From positions 672,001 to 736,000 of the forward strand of contig CAXXXD010000002.1 of NCBI GenBank assembly GCA_963663385.2: 64,000 nt of DNA, read 5' to 3'. The first letter of the stretch is position 1; the number at the start of each line of letters is the position of its first letter. Under the pieces are notes generated by a model, which worked only from the letters and a program-made list of their open reading frames with translations, was not told the origin of the DNA and did no database searches. The stretch comes from Oceanispirochaeta sp. GTDB taxonomy: Bacteria; Spirochaetota; Spirochaetia; DSM-2461. The position numbers and the translations under genes are program-made. This document shows positions 20,826 through 30,417 of the stretch, in pieces.

Positions 20826-21530
20826 TTGGCTAACGGGGAATTAATACTTCTGATTGAAGACGATAGGAATTTGGCATCTAGTGTAATATACAATCTGGAA
20901 AATGAAGGTTACAGAGTTCTCTGGGCAGAAGAGGGACATCAGGCTATGAAACTGTCGGATAATGGTGACATAAGTCTTGTCATACTGGACATAATACTTC
21001 CTTATTACAACGGATTCACAATACTGGAAAAAATAAGGTCGGACTCGCCATCCTTGCCTGTAATTATCGTTTCAGCAAGATCTGAAGTTCAGGATAAAAT
21101 CATAGGTCTTTCACTGGGTGCAGATGATTATCTGCCGAAACCGTTTCATTTAAAAGAATTGCTTTTGAGAGTAGCCGGAATGCTAAAAAGGAGGAACTGG
21201 TATAGAAATAATATTTCCGATATAGACGATTTTTCCTTTGGCGAAAACAGAATCAATTTTGAAAATGCGACCTGCCAGTCCCCAAAAGGGTCATTTCAAC
21301 TGACACCTCTTGAAAGTGCCCTGCTAAAGTGCTTTGTCTTAAACGAAGATCAAATACTATCCAAACAGGAACTTCTTAAGAAGGTTTGGAAAACGAGTAC
21401 TGAAGCAGAAACCCGAACTGTCGATAACTTTGTGATGCGGATAAGAAAATACTTTGAAGAAGATCCTTCCAAGCCAGTGTACTTCAAAAATATCAGGAAT
21501 AGGGGATACATATTCTCAACCAAAGGATAA
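20826..21530 (+). CDS. OmpR-family response regulator, copy 2
   Basis: Paralogue of 8169-8897, 8 aa shorter at the C-terminus. Confidence 0.93.
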   Translation: MANGELILLIEDDRNLASSVIYNLENEGYRVLWAEEGHQAMKLSDNGDISLVILDIILPYYNGFTILEKIRSDSPSLPVIIVSARSEVQDKIIGLSLGADDYLPKPFHLKELLLRVAGMLKRRNWYRNNISDIDDFSFGENRINFENATCQSPKGSFQLTPLESALLKCFVLNEDQILSKQELLKKVWKTSTEAETRTVDNFVMRIRKYFEEDPSKPVYFKNIRNRGYIFSTKG

Positions 21531-21770
21531 TGAAAGGAAAGAGGAAAAGAATGAGCAAACGAAACTATTTGATATAAAAGGATGGTTAAATAAAATACCG
21601 CAAAGGGGATTTCCCGGAAAAACTGGAATCGGCTGAAAACACTTCTCAAAAGACTCAAAGCAAATTGACAGGACACAAGTACACACAATTCAAATGAAAA
21701 GGTTTATACTTAAATATATGTATACTTGATAATCTAAAAAGATTATTTCGGGAAATAAAGGATAGACACT

Positions 21771-24308
21771 ATGGCTGCAGAATGCAATTTTGAGGGAATA
21801 AAAAAAATAGCTCACCCCAGAATTTCTCGTGATCTGCTTGAAGTGATATGCTCGGAGAAAGAAGCATCAGATAAACAAAAAAAGGAGATCGCAAAGATAT
21901 CCACAGACTTAGGCAGTAATTTCTATAGGGAAGTTCTTTTTTTATTGACTTATAGCGAGATTGATAACCCCGAAGTTGCAGAAAGAATCTGCCACAGTAT
22001 CGCAAAACATAAAATTGAAATGCAAAAAAAGCTTAAAAGAACTGTTCTTCTGGAAATTGCCGCATTGGACTATATCCATTCCAGAAGCAAAGCTGACTTA
22101 CCCGTTATGGTCAATAAGGATAATATCATCAATCAAATAGCCAGGCAGGCCATTACGGACAGTAAAACCACAGCATTCTCTGGTGAACAGTTGAAGGTTG
22201 ATATTCAAAAGGAAATGGATAGGACATTTAGATACGGCTTGACATTTTCTGTCATCATGATTGACCTGGACAACTTCAAAGCGATAAATGACACTCATGG
22301 ACACCAGAAGGGAGACCTTGCACTACAATTCTTCGCCTTACTCGTAGTTGAAAATCTCAGAAAACTGGATATTTTGTATCGTTTCGGCGGAGATGAATTT
22401 CTCATACTGCTCCCTCAGACTAATATTAAAGGGGCAGGGAAAATTGCCCTCAAATTACTAAAACTGCTCAATACAACTCCCTGTGAAGCTATTGGGCAGA
22501 CGATCTCTGCCAGTATGGGAGTTTCAGCTTATGGGAATATATACAGCAATAGTTATACAAAGCTGATTGATAGTGCAGACCAGGCTCTATACAAGGCGAA
22601 AGCAGAAGGGAAAAACCTTATAGCCCTATTCAGAGAAGGGAAATGTGTAATTCTCAAACAGGGAAAAGGCAAACAGCTAAAAAGCAGCAAAAATGAAAAT
22701 GAAAAAACTCCATGCCATCCAATTGTACCGGGATACGCTATGGGAGAGATTTATCTCTACAAAGATATTTTCTCCAGCCGAATAAGCCAATATGAAATTA
22801 AAGCAGAGGAAGTGGAAAATGAACTGGAGCGGATCAGGATAGCCATAATGAGTGTTGTCGATGATCTGTCGGAAATGCAGAGCATCGTTGAAGAAGAAAT
22901 GAGCAAAGAGCATGGAGCTATTTTCCTCGCCCACAAGTTGATTCTTCAGGACAGCCATATTTTCAATGATATAGAAAATGAATTAAACGAAAAATTATTA
23001 AACGGTGAGATTATCGTCAGAGATATATTCCGTAAACTGGAAACGAGATTTCTTCTATTCGAAGACAAGCAACGAAATGACAAAGCCAAAGATATCAGGG
23101 ACATCGGCGGTAGAGTCGTAAGAAAACTTCAGGGTAAAGACAAAAACCTGCTATCATCGCTACCGGAAAACACCATTCTTCTCTCTCAGAGACTACTTCC
23201 TTCCGATACTGTTTTCCTCGATAAGAAACATGTCAGAGCAATAATTACCGTAGAGGGGAGCCGCGGTTCCCATTCCGCCATTCTGGCGCGCGCTCTCGAT
23301 ATCCCCTATGTAACAATACGCCGGGAAATTGAACATCTGCCCAATCATACACAGGTTATTGTCGATGGCAACGGCAGCTCCATCATAACCAACCCTGATG
23401 CCCAGCTCATAAAAAAATACAGCGAACTTATAGAAGAGCAGAAATCAGCGGCCCTTCCGCAGGTCGTCTCTAGCAAACCTCTTGAATTCCATGGTAGAAA
23501 AATCTCACTTTTAGCTAATGTTTCCTGTCGGGAGGAAGCTCTGGAAGCCTTGTCAGCCGGAGCGGAAGGTGTAGGATTGTTCCGTGTGGAAAACATCTAT
23601 ATGTCGAGCCGAACAATGCCCGATGAAGATTATCTCCTGTCCCGTTTCACAGATATCCTCAACCCTTTGAAGGGTAAGGAGATAACTGTCAGGCTGGTAG
23701 ATATCGGTTCTGATAAAGTTCCGTCATATCTCAATCTGGGTAATGAAATCAATCCGGCTCTGGGTCTCAGAGGGGTGCGACTTCTCTTAAAACACAGAAA
23801 ACTGCTCCAAACACAACTATCTGCTTGTATAAGATTGAATAAAGAAATACCTGTTAAAATCATGCTTCCCATGGTAACGATGCCCTTGGAAATCAGACAA
23901 GTGCGCAATATTTTGAATAAAATGGATGGCGGAGACAAGATACAGATAGGAACCATGATTGAAACTCCTGCCGCAGTATTCCATATAGATGAGATATTGG
24001 AGGAATCTGATTTTATCAGCATAGGTACCAATGATCTCATTCAGTACACCATGGCATCGGACAGGGAAAATAAAGATGTAGCAGAGTATTTTGATAAAGG
24101 ATTTCAGGCACTGAGCAGAACTCTCGAAAATATATTCAAGAAGTCCAGAGAGGCTTCAAAGGACTGTGCGGTCTGCGGTGAAGCCGCTGGAGACAGCGAT
24201 TATATTCCGTCGCTGCTTAAACTGGGTCTAACGAAATTCAGCGTACTGCCGAATCTTATCCATAGGGTCAGAAAAGAAATTATCGAATACTCTGAAGCTG
24301 AGAATTGA
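21771..24308 (+). CDS. Fusion: uncharacterised N-domain + GGDEF diguanylate cyclase + PTS Enzyme I (PEP-protein phosphotransferase)
   Basis: IDLDNFKAINDTHGH, RKLD, RFGGDEF; then EI motifs GSHSAILARALDIP, GVGLFRVE, RLVDIGSDK, NPALGLRGVR, MIETPAA, SIGTNDLIQY, VCGE. Confidence 0.92.
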   Translation: MAAECNFEGIKKIAHPRISRDLLEVICSEKEASDKQKKEIAKISTDLGSNFYREVLFLLTYSEIDNPEVAERICHSIAKHKIEMQKKLKRTVLLEIAALDYIHSRSKADLPVMVNKDNIINQIARQAITDSKTTAFSGEQLKVDIQKEMDRTFRYGLTFSVIMIDLDNFKAINDTHGHQKGDLALQFFALLVVENLRKLDILYRFGGDEFLILLPQTNIKGAGKIALKLLKLLNTTPCEAIGQTISASMGVSAYGNIYSNSYTKLIDSADQALYKAKAEGKNLIALFREGKCVILKQGKGKQLKSSKNENEKTPCHPIVPGYAMGEIYLYKDIFSSRISQYEIKAEEVENELERIRIAIMSVVDDLSEMQSIVEEEMSKEHGAIFLAHKLILQDSHIFNDIENELNEKLLNGEIIVRDIFRKLETRFLLFEDKQRNDKAKDIRDIGGRVVRKLQGKDKNLLSSLPENTILLSQRLLPSDTVFLDKKHVRAIITVEGSRGSHSAILARALDIPYVTIRREIEHLPNHTQVIVDGNGSSIITNPDAQLIKKYSELIEEQKSAALPQVVSSKPLEFHGRKISLLANVSCREEALEALSAGAEGVGLFRVENIYMSSRTMPDEDYLLSRFTDILNPLKGKEITVRLVDIGSDKVPSYLNLGNEINPALGLRGVRLLLKHRKLLQTQLSACIRLNKEIPVKIMLPMVTMPLEIRQVRNILNKMDGGDKIQIGTMIETPAAVFHIDEILEESDFISIGTNDLIQYTMASDRENKDVAEYFDKGFQALSRTLENIFKKSREASKDCAVCGEAAGDSDYIPSLLKLGLTKFSVLPNLIHRVRKEIIEYSEAEN

Positions 24309-24591
24309 TCGCTATATAATTGCACATGAGTCTAAAACCCTGGCGGAAATTCTATTATTTGAGTGAGAACCCCGCCCCAATTCTTTTAGACTTCAACCGG
24401 ATTTATGCACTACTTCGGAAATTATGGACATATGAATCCTCATTATGAGATATATGCGGCGCTCACCATTCACTTGTCCTCTGACGAGTGAAACTTAATA
24501 TAGAAAATTTGAACAATTATGCCCGCTCTGTAAAGACATTACAGAATATACTGATTTGAAAGAGGCGAGAAATTATTAAACCCAACATAAA

Positions 24592-25533
24592 TTACAGTCC
24601 CATGCCGTAGGCACAAGTGGAGCATAATATTCCTTCAGAAGAATCAAAAAACCATTTTTCCCGTTTTGTCCGGAGAGTGGGAGACAAGCCTGCATGGTAG
24701 TAGCGAATCTCATCAGGTACCAGTTCATTTATTCTTTCCCGAAGAATAAGAGCCACCTGTTCACACAGACGGCGTGTAGGGCAGAATATAATAGCCGGTC
24801 TTTCCGCTGTCTTTAAAACATCTTCCAGACCTTTTGTCCGTGAAAGAACCGGACGGACCTCATAATGGATATTCACCCTGTCCGGATTAGCCCTGACCAG
24901 ATTAAAAGATCTGTCTTTTAAAAGATAATCCTGAATCTTTCCCAGAATAAGGGGCGAGGCGGTGGCGGTAAAAGCGGTGACCTGCTCAACCGGAAGATTG
25001 TTAAAGGTTTTACCCAGCTCCAGGCAGGCCGGGCGGAAGGTCTCACCCCATTCGGGGATGGTATGGGCTTCGTCGATGACCAGATGGGAGATTTTCACAT
25101 CTTTCAGTTTGTCCTGAACTTCGGGCAGGGTCAGCATCTCCGGGTTGGTCAGAAGCATCCGGATCTCTCCGGCCTGTACGGAGCGCCATATATCCTCCTT
25201 CTCTTTGCGGCTCATTCCGCCCTTCAGCAGGGCCCCTTTCATCCCTGCCTCCTCCACCCGGCGGAGCTGATCCGCCATTAATCCAAGGAGGGGAAACACG
25301 ACAATCGTCAGACCCGGGAGAAGGGCGGCCGGCAGCATAAAGCAGAGGCTCTTCCCGGCCCCAGTGGGCAGCAGAACCACCTGATTGGGCGGGGCTTCCT
25401 CCGCTTCCTCTCTGGAGAAAAGACCGGCTTTGCGGAGGATGTTTGTAATAACCAGGCGCTGGTAGGGGAAGAGGTAGGTAAGTCCGAATACTTCGGCGGC
25501 GGTCCGGGTCAGAAGGTCGGGGGATTGGTCCAT
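24592..25533 (-). pseudogene. recQ: 3'-truncated recQ copy (ends in helicase motif V)
   Basis: Matches the intact copy up to STCAYGMG, then L-stop; lacks motif VI, Zn site and RQC; probable start MDQSPD at 25533. Confidence 0.9.
24598..25475. repeat. recQ duplicated segment, copy B
   Basis: Near-identical to 17120-17997. Confidence 0.97.
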
Positions 25534-25798
25534 ATCTGTTTTATGCCCGGAAACGGGGTTGTGATTCAAAGGTGGTTTATCTGTACAGGATAAAGCTAAG
25601 GAAAAGAGAAAAAACAACCTCACCAGTATTTTAACGGGACTTGCTGTCATATACGGAATACAGATTCCCGTTGACAGGCCGGCATTTATAAAGGATAGTT
25701 TATTCAATGAATTAACTATCGAAATCGTATCTGAATTTCACCAGTTATCCGATATTTCAACGCCGGAAACTCCAAATAATAATCAATGAGGAAAAATC

Positions 25799-26131
25799 AT
25801 GAGTACGAAAATCGTCAGAAGAATGGAAACGAAGAATCTGCTGGAAGGCGACGAGTTTACCAAAGTCTATTTTCATACGGACAAGCTGATTTTTGCAGTC
25901 AGTACACTGCTGCCCGGACAGAAAGCCTGTCTGGACAAAGGCCATCAGGATTCCGATGAAACCTGTTATGTTATCGAGGGGCATGTGGCCGTTCATCTGA
26001 CAGGTCTGGATGAAGTTCACGAACTGGAAAAGGGCGACTGCATTCTGATTCCCAGAGGGGAGCCTCACTATACCGTCAATATCGGCGGGAGTCAGTCAGT
26101 CACAGCCTGGTCCTGTGCTCCCCGTTTGTAG
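25799..26131 (+). CDS. Cupin-domain protein
   Basis: GHQDSDETCYVIEG and GDCILIPRGEPH cupin motifs. Confidence 0.88.
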   Translation: MSTKIVRRMETKNLLEGDEFTKVYFHTDKLIFAVSTLLPGQKACLDKGHQDSDETCYVIEGHVAVHLTGLDEVHELEKGDCILIPRGEPHYTVNIGGSQSVTAWSCAPRL

Positions 26132-26162
26132 GGAAATCGGTCTTTTTTATACTGTCGGCAGG

Positions 26163-26184
26163 TGCCCCGGGCAATGGGGCATTT
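26163..26184 (+). terminator. Putative intrinsic terminator after cupin gene
   Basis: TGCCCC-gggcaat-GGGGCA followed by TTTT. Confidence 0.55.
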
Positions 26185-26342
26185 TCCCGAATCCTGTCTG
26201 CAGATTAAAAAAATCTGTTTTGTACGAAGAGTAACAGACTGTTCTGCAATTTATATACTCCTCTATCCTCAATACGACCTCCCTTGACTCTGTAAAACCT
26301 CTCTTCTAAAATCTAGTAATTTCCTATAGGAGAAGATATACT

Positions 26343-27416
26343 ATGTTTCGTCCGGATGAGTATTTCAACCTTTTTGTCTGCGGACTTTGTGTTGTCATGT
26401 CCCTCGGACTTCTTCAGAAGCCCATTAATCTGAGGAAAATCCTTCTTGCCTGTATTCTCCTGTCTCTCGGGTACATTCAGTTTGTTACAGTACTGATCTC
26501 TTCCCGCCTTGTTTATCACTATCCCGGGTTCTATTACAGTTCTCTTCCGTTTGGCTATTCTCTCTCTCCTCTGGTTTACTTTTATATCAGAAGTTTCATG
26601 CAGGAAGCTCCGAAGTTTAAAAGAAGAGATCTGCTGCATTTTGTTCCGGCCCTGCCTCTGGCAGGCATTTACTTCAATTATCGTACCCTTCCCCGGACCG
26701 ATATGATTCTGAAAATCGATATGTTCTACGATGGGCTGTCATCTTTCGGGCTATGGATCTGTCTGAATATTCTGGTGTATACACTCTATGCTGTGTTTAT
26801 AGGTAAGGCTTTGATCAAAGTCTTTCACAGGGAGAATCCCCTGCACCGTCGCCTGGTCCGATTGTTTTTACTGCTTCTCTCCTGGGCTATTCTGCTTACC
26901 GCCCGGGTGATCAGTATGCGATGGAGAATTGATCTTCTCTGGCGGATTGTCGATTGTGCGATTTGCCTGGAGCTGCTTCTGTTTTATTTTCATCTGCAGC
27001 GTTATCCCGTTCTCCTCAGTTACGCCCATATAGGGAACACCGTGAAGAAGCGCAGCGGTTCTTCCATTCTGGAAGGACTGGATACGCAAAGTCTTAAACG
27101 GAATATTGAGATTATGATGGATGAAGACAGGCTTTTCTGTGATGAAGATCTAAGCCTGAGCCGTTTTTCCCATGCCCTTGAAATCAGCTCCCATCAGCTT
27201 TCCGCGTTTCTTAATGAGCATTACGGAAGGAATTTCAACGTTTTTGTCAACGGCTACAGGATTCGTTATGCCTGTGAACTTATGAATACCGATTCCGATA
27301 TGAGCACACTCTCCATTTCATTTGCCTGCGGATTCAATTCCTACTCCGCCTTTTTTGCGGCTTTTAAAAAGGAGACGGGCCAATCACCACGGGACTACAA
27401 GAATAATTGCAAATGA
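26343..27416 (+). CDS. AraC-family regulator with multi-TM N-terminal domain
   Basis: Hydrophobic N-terminus (PLVYFYIR, LLHFVP); AraC HTH (ISFACGFNSYSAFFAAFKKETGQSP). Confidence 0.9.
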   Translation: MFRPDEYFNLFVCGLCVVMSLGLLQKPINLRKILLACILLSLGYIQFVTVLISSRLVYHYPGFYYSSLPFGYSLSPLVYFYIRSFMQEAPKFKRRDLLHFVPALPLAGIYFNYRTLPRTDMILKIDMFYDGLSSFGLWICLNILVYTLYAVFIGKALIKVFHRENPLHRRLVRLFLLLLSWAILLTARVISMRWRIDLLWRIVDCAICLELLLFYFHLQRYPVLLSYAHIGNTVKKRSGSSILEGLDTQSLKRNIEIMMDEDRLFCDEDLSLSRFSHALEISSHQLSAFLNEHYGRNFNVFVNGYRIRYACELMNTDSDMSTLSISFACGFNSYSAFFAAFKKETGQSPRDYKNNCK

Positions 27417-27544
27417 TATTCTGGAAAAATTCCTTCCTGAATTATAAATCAGAAGATTTTTTTTGTTTCTGAAAGATAATCCTGTAAGACCCTGATCCGA
27501 ATCCGTTGTATACCTCTGGTTAATAATTTTGACGGAGGTTCATT

Positions 27545-30415
27545 GTGAACAGAATTATAAAGTTGGCCGTAAAACGGCCGATCTTTTGTCTCACATTGCT
27601 TCTGGTGCTGACGGGAGTCTTCTTCCTTGGATTAAAGAATCTAAGGGTGGAGCCCTCAACCGAGGCGCTTATGCCGGAGCATGTGGAAGAATATCGCTAC
27701 AATATGCGAATGAAAAAGGTATTCGGTGATTCCAAGCTGTACCTGCTATGTCTTGTAGAGGCGCGGGAAGGCGAACTGTTTACTCACGAGAATTTCATTT
27801 TACTGAATGATCTTGTGGAGGAGATAGAAGAGTTTCATACCTTTAATTATGATACAGAGAACAACCGGTTGGATACACTGATCTCTATGGGAACTGTAAC
27901 GCACAGGGAAGATCGGTTGATTCAAAATACCGCGGTACAGTATAAGTTGTCCGATGAGGATCTGGATGCCCTTCTTACAGATGATACTGCAGATATAGCC
28001 TTTGGAGAAAATGGGTACTTTGATGTGTTTGCCATAGACGAACCTATTCCTGAGGATATGTATATACGCCCGCTTCGGGAGAAGCGGACATACTCTCTGG
28101 ATCACTATAACGGAGTCCGCTGCGGAGATTTGAAAAAGGCCCTGGATTCCGGCGGTCGCCGGCAGCTGGAAACCGTTCTTAACAGAATCGGGGCAGAGTA
28201 TGCCAGGGATGATCATGTATTTGAGGCGGATGAATATGCCCTTATTCTGAATGAATTCGAAGAAGCCTACCTCCATAAGTCAATGGAAGCGGTGAAAAGT
28301 TTTATGAATCCTGTATCCGGAGAGGATATTCAGGGGAGTGAAGATGCTCTTACCTCTGTGGAGATGATAGAAGAGAACGACCGGGGCGAGCGGTTACTGC
28401 CCCGGAATCCTGCCGATTTCAATAACTACAGACAGAAGCTTCAGGCCAATCCCATATTGGAAAATATGATATATACGCTTGACAATGAGGAAAGCATTGA
28501 TTCCCTGGCTATGAATATCCAGTTTCAGGTTATGGAGAATCCTGACTATATACGGGATTATTTCATGGATATCTTTGATAAGCACAATACCGGTATTCTG
28601 GAGTTGACGCCCGTAGGCGTCCCGGTATTCGAATTCTATATTCAGAAGTTTATGAAGCAGGATATGAAGAAGTTCATGCCTCTGGTTTTTCTGGTTGTGA
28701 TTATTACTTTTTTTATGAATTTCCGGTTATTGAGAGGTGTCCTTCTTCCTACGGTATCCATCCTGCTTTCCATTATCTGGACTATGGGGTTAATGGGATT
28801 CCTTGGGATCCCGCTGACAATTGTTGTGAATATCCTGCCGACTATACTTGTTGCCGTGGGGAGCAGTTATTCCATACATATTATCAACCAGTACCTCCAT
28901 GACCGGGAGATGATCCGCATAAAAGGGAAACAAAACGGACTGGTTTCTTCCATGTCGCATATTTCCGTTACAGTCCTGCTGGCATCACTGACAACCTTTA
29001 TCGGGTTCTCTACCCTGGGCTTCAATCAGGTGGTTTCGCTCAGGCATTTCGGGATATTTTCTGCCATCGGCACTCTGTTTACCATGCTGATAGCGACTCT
29101 TCTGATTCCCTCTGTATTATCCCTTAGCAATATCCCCCGGGAAAAAGCTCACAAAGCGGCAAAACCCGATTTTCTTCAAAGGGTTCTGTTAGGAGCCGGT
29201 CATTTTACGATAAGAAAGCCTGTACCTATACTGGCCGGTACTGTTCTGATTTTGTTCGTCTCTCTTATTGGAATTACCCGTCTGAACATAGAATCCGCAC
29301 CCACCTTCAACTTCAAGGATGATTCCTATGTCGTTCAGGCCGATGAGAAGGTCAGTCAGGTTCTTAAGGGGTCAATCCCCATCAATCTGATGATTGATAC
29401 AGGTAGAGACGGAGGAGTAAAAGATCCCGAATTCCTTAAACATATGGATGAACTGGCTGTCTGGGCGGCAAACGAAGAAAATTGCAGGCAATACAACCTG
29501 CTGAGCTGCTATACTTTCTCTGACATTATAAAACGCATGAACAAGGCTATGAACGGTGAGGATCCGGATTACTATTCCATTCCTGAAGATTCGGCTGCGA
29601 TTGAAGACTATCTGATGTTATACAGCGGAGAGGACAGAGATTCTGACGGGTTGCCTGATACAATGGAGCGCTTTACTGATCCTCATTTTCGAGTGGCCAA
29701 TGTATTCATCAAAACCGGGTATTACCAGGGAAGAAAATACTCGACCAAACGTCTTCTCAGTGCTATTGAATCTTTGGAAAATTATCTGGCATCAGATCCT
29801 TACTTTTCTCAGTTCAAGTATCAGTGTGCCGGTCAGACAATCAACTATGCCGTATTAAACAAACTGATAGCCCGGGGGCAGATTGTAACGATTGTTCTGA
29901 CTCTGATTATTATCAGCACAATCATCTTTATTCTGTTCAGAAATATAAAGGCGGCTCTGGTCTCTCTGATTCCCATTTCATGCAGTATCCTGGTTGTCTT
30001 CGGTATTATGGGGTATTTTCAGATTCCTCTGGATATTACAAAAAGCATTATTGCTGCCGTAACCATAGGTATCGGTATCGACGATACAATTCATATGCTG
30101 AAAACAATTCGTTATTATCAGATGAACGGGTACTGTCTTAAAGAAGCTATATACGAAGCTTACAGAGAGGCGGGGAAAGCTATTGTCTATACATCAATCG
30201 CTCTGGTCTGCGGATTTGCCGTCCTTATGTTTTCACAATTCAAAGTCCTTTATTATCTGGGATTGCTGGTTGCTATGAATATGATCACCACAACCATTGC
30301 GGCTCTGATTGTTCTACCTGCTGCTGTGTGGGTGTTCAAGATCCGTTTTAATCCATCTGAAAAAAGTAACATCAAAAATGTCAAACAGGCAGAACTGCGT
30401 CTGGAAGGAGAATAA
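27545..30415 (+). CDS. MMPL/RND-family lipid transporter
   Basis: 956 aa, two repeats of TM + large loop + 5TM; GIGIDDTIH motif. Confidence 0.9.
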   Translation: MNRIIKLAVKRPIFCLTLLLVLTGVFFLGLKNLRVEPSTEALMPEHVEEYRYNMRMKKVFGDSKLYLLCLVEAREGELFTHENFILLNDLVEEIEEFHTFNYDTENNRLDTLISMGTVTHREDRLIQNTAVQYKLSDEDLDALLTDDTADIAFGENGYFDVFAIDEPIPEDMYIRPLREKRTYSLDHYNGVRCGDLKKALDSGGRRQLETVLNRIGAEYARDDHVFEADEYALILNEFEEAYLHKSMEAVKSFMNPVSGEDIQGSEDALTSVEMIEENDRGERLLPRNPADFNNYRQKLQANPILENMIYTLDNEESIDSLAMNIQFQVMENPDYIRDYFMDIFDKHNTGILELTPVGVPVFEFYIQKFMKQDMKKFMPLVFLVVIITFFMNFRLLRGVLLPTVSILLSIIWTMGLMGFLGIPLTIVVNILPTILVAVGSSYSIHIINQYLHDREMIRIKGKQNGLVSSMSHISVTVLLASLTTFIGFSTLGFNQVVSLRHFGIFSAIGTLFTMLIATLLIPSVLSLSNIPREKAHKAAKPDFLQRVLLGAGHFTIRKPVPILAGTVLILFVSLIGITRLNIESAPTFNFKDDSYVVQADEKVSQVLKGSIPINLMIDTGRDGGVKDPEFLKHMDELAVWAANEENCRQYNLLSCYTFSDIIKRMNKAMNGEDPDYYSIPEDSAAIEDYLMLYSGEDRDSDGLPDTMERFTDPHFRVANVFIKTGYYQGRKYSTKRLLSAIESLENYLASDPYFSQFKYQCAGQTINYAVLNKLIARGQIVTIVLTLIIISTIIFILFRNIKAALVSLIPISCSILVVFGIMGYFQIPLDITKSIIAAVTIGIGIDDTIHMLKTIRYYQMNGYCLKEAIYEAYREAGKAIVYTSIALVCGFAVLMFSQFKVLYYLGLLVAMNMITTTIAALIVLPAAVWVFKIRFNPSEKSNIKNVKQAELRLEGE

Positions 30416-30417
30416 TC

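Larger units (their letters stand above)
18280..21577. repeat. Segmental duplication copy B
   Basis: Direct repeat of 5623-8920. Confidence 0.97.

Noticed and set aside
18060..24597. Classical integrative element or prophage inserted in recQ
   Set aside because: No integrase, transposase, phage genes or short att-like repeats; only long homologous repeats
25534..25707. Lipoprotein-like N-terminal extension on the truncated recQ ORF
   Set aside because: Homology with intact recQ starts at Met 25533; the extension is probably incidental open frame over the promoter region
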